Of a stretch of 64,000 nt of DNA, positions 60,023 to 64,000 are shown piece by piece. Both the position numbers and the translations under genes were made by a program. Numbering within the stretch: the first letter of the stretch is position 1; each line of letters begins with the position of its first letter. Where the stretch lies: positions 124,001-188,000 of the forward strand of contig OZ361256.1 of the NCBI GenBank assembly GCA_977018835.1, written 5' to 3'. The stretch comes from Minutocellus sp. GHC0000111. Taxonomy: Eukaryota. The notes below the pieces were generated by a model. That model made no database searches, had not been told where the DNA came from, and was given only the letters and a program-made list of their open reading frames with translations.

Positions 60023-63000
60023 TAGGGGGCGTCGCGAAGTGGCTATCACGATCCGAACACCCAATCAAGACCATCTACATGTACTACATAGCTCTATATT
60101 ATCGATGACATAGATCCACATTTTTTCATAAGTCAATGCTTTCGCTATCGATTTGTTCGCCTTGTCTTCTTCTTTTCTTGCGCCCAAGAAGGGGGGGTCG
60201 ACGCCCGCCGAGAATTCAGATTATTGGGGACGAACTTTTCTGACCGAGAACGATGATAGATCGGCATGTCGACGCAACCAAGAGTTTTCTGTTTGCTTTA
60301 GTTCTATTATGTGTGTATGTAAGAAGTTATTTTTGCATGGATGGTGTACACTTGTCCACTCTATGGCGCTTAGTAGCTGTAATCATCTACAGTGGTTGGA
60401 ACGGGGCTGCCGCTGACCCCCACCTTCCTCTCACATATTTAGTAACGATGATAAATAGCCAAGCAAGTCATTCTACTAAAGCTACTACCCATAGAATCCC
60501 ACTATATACGTGTCCCGATGCCATGCTATGAGAGTGTTATTGAGTTCGTGATTATTTGTTGATCTGCAAGCCATGGCCCTTCGTGGAGGTCGACGACCAC
60601 AGAAATTTACCGGGTTTTCATATCGATTTGCCTCCATTACTTTCCATACAGGTACAAAGGACCTTCCATAAGTGTAGAGGTCGCTCAGGTATATGAAGGG
60701 CTGCCGAATGATGCCCTTCTCATTCAGTAGTTGTGATTCATTGTCATTCAGTATCAACATTGGTATTTCGAATCAGCACCCTGCGAAATCTGGCGTCGAC
60801 CTCCACGAAACGTTGCGATGCTCATAAAACCATCAACCTTTGAAGCAAACCTGCGAAACTTTCCATCAATGAGCTGCCTCTTATCATAGTAAAGCAACAA
60901 TGTTGCTCAGATACAGTGGTGTGTAGGTTTTGGCCTCCTTTGATTACCAAAAGGTCAATTTTTGACCTTCCGATGAGCAATTTTTGTCGTGTGACATTCA
61001 TCTTGTGACAATAACGACTACCCCCAGCCCTATCAGTCACTTTTCCGCTGTCACTTAAAATAAATCTAAAGTATATACATGGCGTGGCGATTTTCTGTGG
61101 GCATGGTGTTGATTTTGCGTTTACTTCTTTGATTGTGGACTCCCGTCCTTCAAGGAGGTCGAGAGCCCTGGAGACCGAGAAATTTTGAGCCGGAATTTCT
61201 CACCAAATGGCTCCTTCACTTTTCACAATGGCACCGACACCATACCGCGAGTTAGTCCATCGCTCACATACGCCAATAGAGGCGCGACTATATCCTTCTG
61301 ATGTAGTAGTTGTAAATCCTTGTGATTCTGTGTGAGAATCAATATTTTGACCCAACACCCAACAAGACCCCGACGAAAGGTCGAGTAGCCACTGAATCAC
61401 CAAACTTGTAGAAAACCCCCGCGAAACATTCCATCTTTCGACACTCTTATATCATAGCGAAGTGAGGATGATAAGTTGCTGCTGTTCTTCCTAACCAATT
61501 CGGTAGACATTACCTCAAAATACTCCATTTGCCTCCCAAACTACGGGAAACCACGAAATTGGGACCGACTTGCCTCTAATACATATCACAATAACACCAA
61601 AGACCTTTCACACTCAAATAAATCCAATAGGGTGGATAAGAAGCGCAGATCAATATCCTCTGGGTCGAGCATTTTTATTTCCAGATTGTTCAAACTCGCC
61701 GTCTTTGCTTCAGAAGACAGCGCTGAAAAGCGTGCCTCGTGCCCTTCACGAACATTCGAGTAAAAGCTGGGGCACCAATCTAGGCAGACCCACGAAACTT
61801 TACATCAAACTCAAGCCTTGTATCATATCCACGTGTTCATGACTTGCTACATCAGTAACTATCTCTCTTTGCACCAATTCTATCCACATATTCGTAATTT
61901 GTACCTGAAAACTTGGGAAAAATGATTTCCCGAAATACATAAGACCAGATATTTTGACGCAACCATCGAGCCTAGATGCATCGGAGTGATATCAATATTC
62001 AATGTGAGTATATATTAATGATTGGAAAGGCTCGCAATAATTTGTTTAGGATGATTTCGGTTCCAAACGAGGAGAATGGTACCATGGAGGCGGCCGCGAA
62101 AGGAATTCGCCTCAAGTATTTTTCTATGAAGGACACGAGATTCCAATCAGTTCTCACCCACGGAAATGCCTGCAATGGCAATCCCTTCGCTCTTTGATGT
62201 ACTTATTGGTAGAAACGAACAAGTTTCACTAGCCTTTGGTTCAATTTGGTGACCTTCGACGCCTAAACTGGGCGTAACGGTCATCGCCAAGCACGAAAAA
62301 TCACGTCGAAACCAAAGAAATGCCACAAAAGAAGCGCCTTCATGATACCAAAACCGCCAGAGAAGCTCACCAAATGAACCAGTTGGCTCATAGCAACAAA
62401 ATCTAAGAGAATTTTCGTGATCCCATACCAGCTTCGCTCCCATTGTTAGGTAGCTCGGCCTTGAGAACAATTGTAGAGGATCTTTTTCGTATGATGTTTC
62501 GATGGATTTCTCACATAAATTGTTTGTTGTGCAACTGATCACGTGAGCACAGCTGCATCACCGCTCGGCGATAGCACCATAATAATCTCCCATGCGGACA
62601 TTAGTGGGCTAGTCCTCGTCGACTCGACACCATCGCTACTTTTCTGCGTTGATTGTATCATCTGACAGATGGAGACTCCGTCTTCAAAATGGCGAATTTC
62701 CATTGTCTGATTCAAGTTGCAAAGTAAGGGTCATAATGACAATTCGGCCGCTAATGTGCGCACAGTGCAAGAAGGATCACGTCTTAGATTGAAACAATGA
62801 TTGCTCATCGTCTTGTGGACTGCGGCAAGGTCGGCGGGCGCCCATGGCGTCTCCTTGATGTGGTGGCGTTTTGGCGAGGGCCGAGGTTTCCAGAAAGTAC
62901 AAGCGCCAGAACCTGAGAGTCGTTGTATGTGCCAATTTCTCAGGAACTTTCCCATCGCCAGACAAAGGACAAAGCAGGGACCGACTTCACTTATTCTCCT

Positions 63001-63054
63001 TTACCTTTGGTGCTTTGGAGCATTTGCATTTCTCCTCACATCGCAAGAGAAACA

Positions 63055-64000
63055 ATGGTATTTCGAACAGCTACGGCTTCGCTGGCCCTTGTCGGAACGT
63101 TGCTGCTCTCGGAGCACAGCGATGCCGCTACCACTACATCCAGAAAAGGACGACGACGCGGTGTCGCCGCCAAAAACGACAATCGCCAACTTCGCACGAG
63201 AAAGTTGTCCAAGGGAGCGAAGAAGCAATATGAGCCACAAAGTGATGGCATGATTGCTCGTAATGACAACGGCGGTGGTGCGTTCCAAACTCCTGTGTTG
63301 GCAGGTTGCTTTCGTGACTTCAAGGTTTGCGAATCGACCGGTACTCTCGTCAGCAGAAATCCAGCTCTTGGATGTGATTTCGATCCCTGCCCTCCCGGCG
63401 AAGGCGACAACGAGAACGACGAGAACAACGAGAGCAACGCAAATCAAAGCACCTCGATGGAAAACTCCGATACTGGTGGTAGTGCGCCTCAGGACCTGCA
63501 ACCAGGAAATGACGGTACATCTTCACAGCAGCCTCAACAATATCATCCAATCCAAATCATAGAGGAGAACATGCCAGTAACTCCTGGTGAATCCAACAAC
63601 GAATATGCCGAGGGTGACTTCCTCCTGCCTGATGGTGCCTGGGTGGGCTGTAATTGGGTTGCCAAGAAGAAAACTGCGGAGAGATGCAAAGATACGACGG
63701 CCAACAATGAGTTGGTCAGTGATCTGTGTCCAGACGTATGCAACGCTGCTACCATTGAAGCCATTTTGGAGGAGAATACCCCAGCAGCAGTGACGACAGC
63801 ACCAAACAATCTTGCCAATTCGATGGAAACAATTAGCACAACAGGAAACTTCACCTTGACCAGCGGCATGACCGTGGATTGCGATTGGGTGGAGAAGAGG
63901 GTTGAAAGCCGTTGCTTCAAGAAGACTGAAGATATGAGGCAGGTGCGATATCTCTGTCCCGTGTGCACCCATGTCGTTGAAATTGTCAACCCTATCAGCT
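63055..64000 (+). CDS. Secreted Cys-repeat protein, second copy, 3'-partial
   Basis: Near-identical to 53637 onward; cut by the window end. Confidence 0.7.
   Translation, partial: MVFRTATASLALVGTLLLSEHSDAATTTSRKGRRRGVAAKNDNRQLRTRKLSKGAKKQYEPQSDGMIARNDNGGGAFQTPVLAGCFRDFKVCESTGTLVSRNPALGCDFDPCPPGEGDNENDENNESNANQSTSMENSDTGGSAPQDLQPGNDGTSSQQPQQYHPIQIIEENMPVTPGESNNEYAEGDFLLPDGAWVGCNWVAKKKTAERCKDTTANNELVSDLCPDVCNAATIEAILEENTPAAVTTAPNNLANSMETISTTGNFTLTSGMTVDCDWVEKRVESRCFKKTEDMRQVRYLCPVCTHVVEIVNPIS

Larger units (their letters stand above)
56667..64000 (+). repeat. Second copy of 47241..54582 (probably alternate haplotype)
   Basis: Colinear, offset 9426 at the start and 9418 at the end, with scattered SNPs and small indels; begins exactly at the gap. 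Confidence 0.9.

Noticed and set aside
56667..64000. True segmental duplication
   Set aside because: It starts exactly at a scaffold gap and shows allele-level divergence, so an uncollapsed haplotype is more likely, though a real duplication is not excluded.

Overview
Eukaryotic, almost certainly diatom, nuclear DNA: GT-AG introns, an ASAFAP plastid-targeting motif, DUF6824-type domains and CoDi-type copia elements. 1-20.9 kb holds host genes: a 2OG-Fe(II) oxygenase, a plastid protein, an F-box-like gene, a CCA-adding enzyme, a head-to-head pair of DUF6824 + STAND-like ATPase genes and a membrane protein. 20.9-40.1 kb is a transposon nest: a copia LTR retrotransposon inserted (5-bp TSD AGTGG) into a DD39D mariner-type DNA transposon, then copied as a ~7 kb inverted repeat and two tandem duplications. 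40.1-64 kb holds host genes with a 2529-bp tandem duplication and, after a 200-N gap, a second slightly divergent (probably haplotypic) copy of 47.2-54.6 kb. The most striking signal is that both transposon classes carry systematic TpA->TpG / TpA->CpA changes on both strands (conserved Tyr -> Cys/His, Thr -> Ala), which I did not see in the neighbouring host genes. This looks like a RIP-like, repeat-directed A:T->G:C hypermutation process. The copia element also has a Tudor-like module after the integrase, a non-tRNA PBS complementary to its own LTR (possible self-priming) and an in-frame TGA between gag and pol. All family assignments come from motif recognition by eye; no database searches were run.
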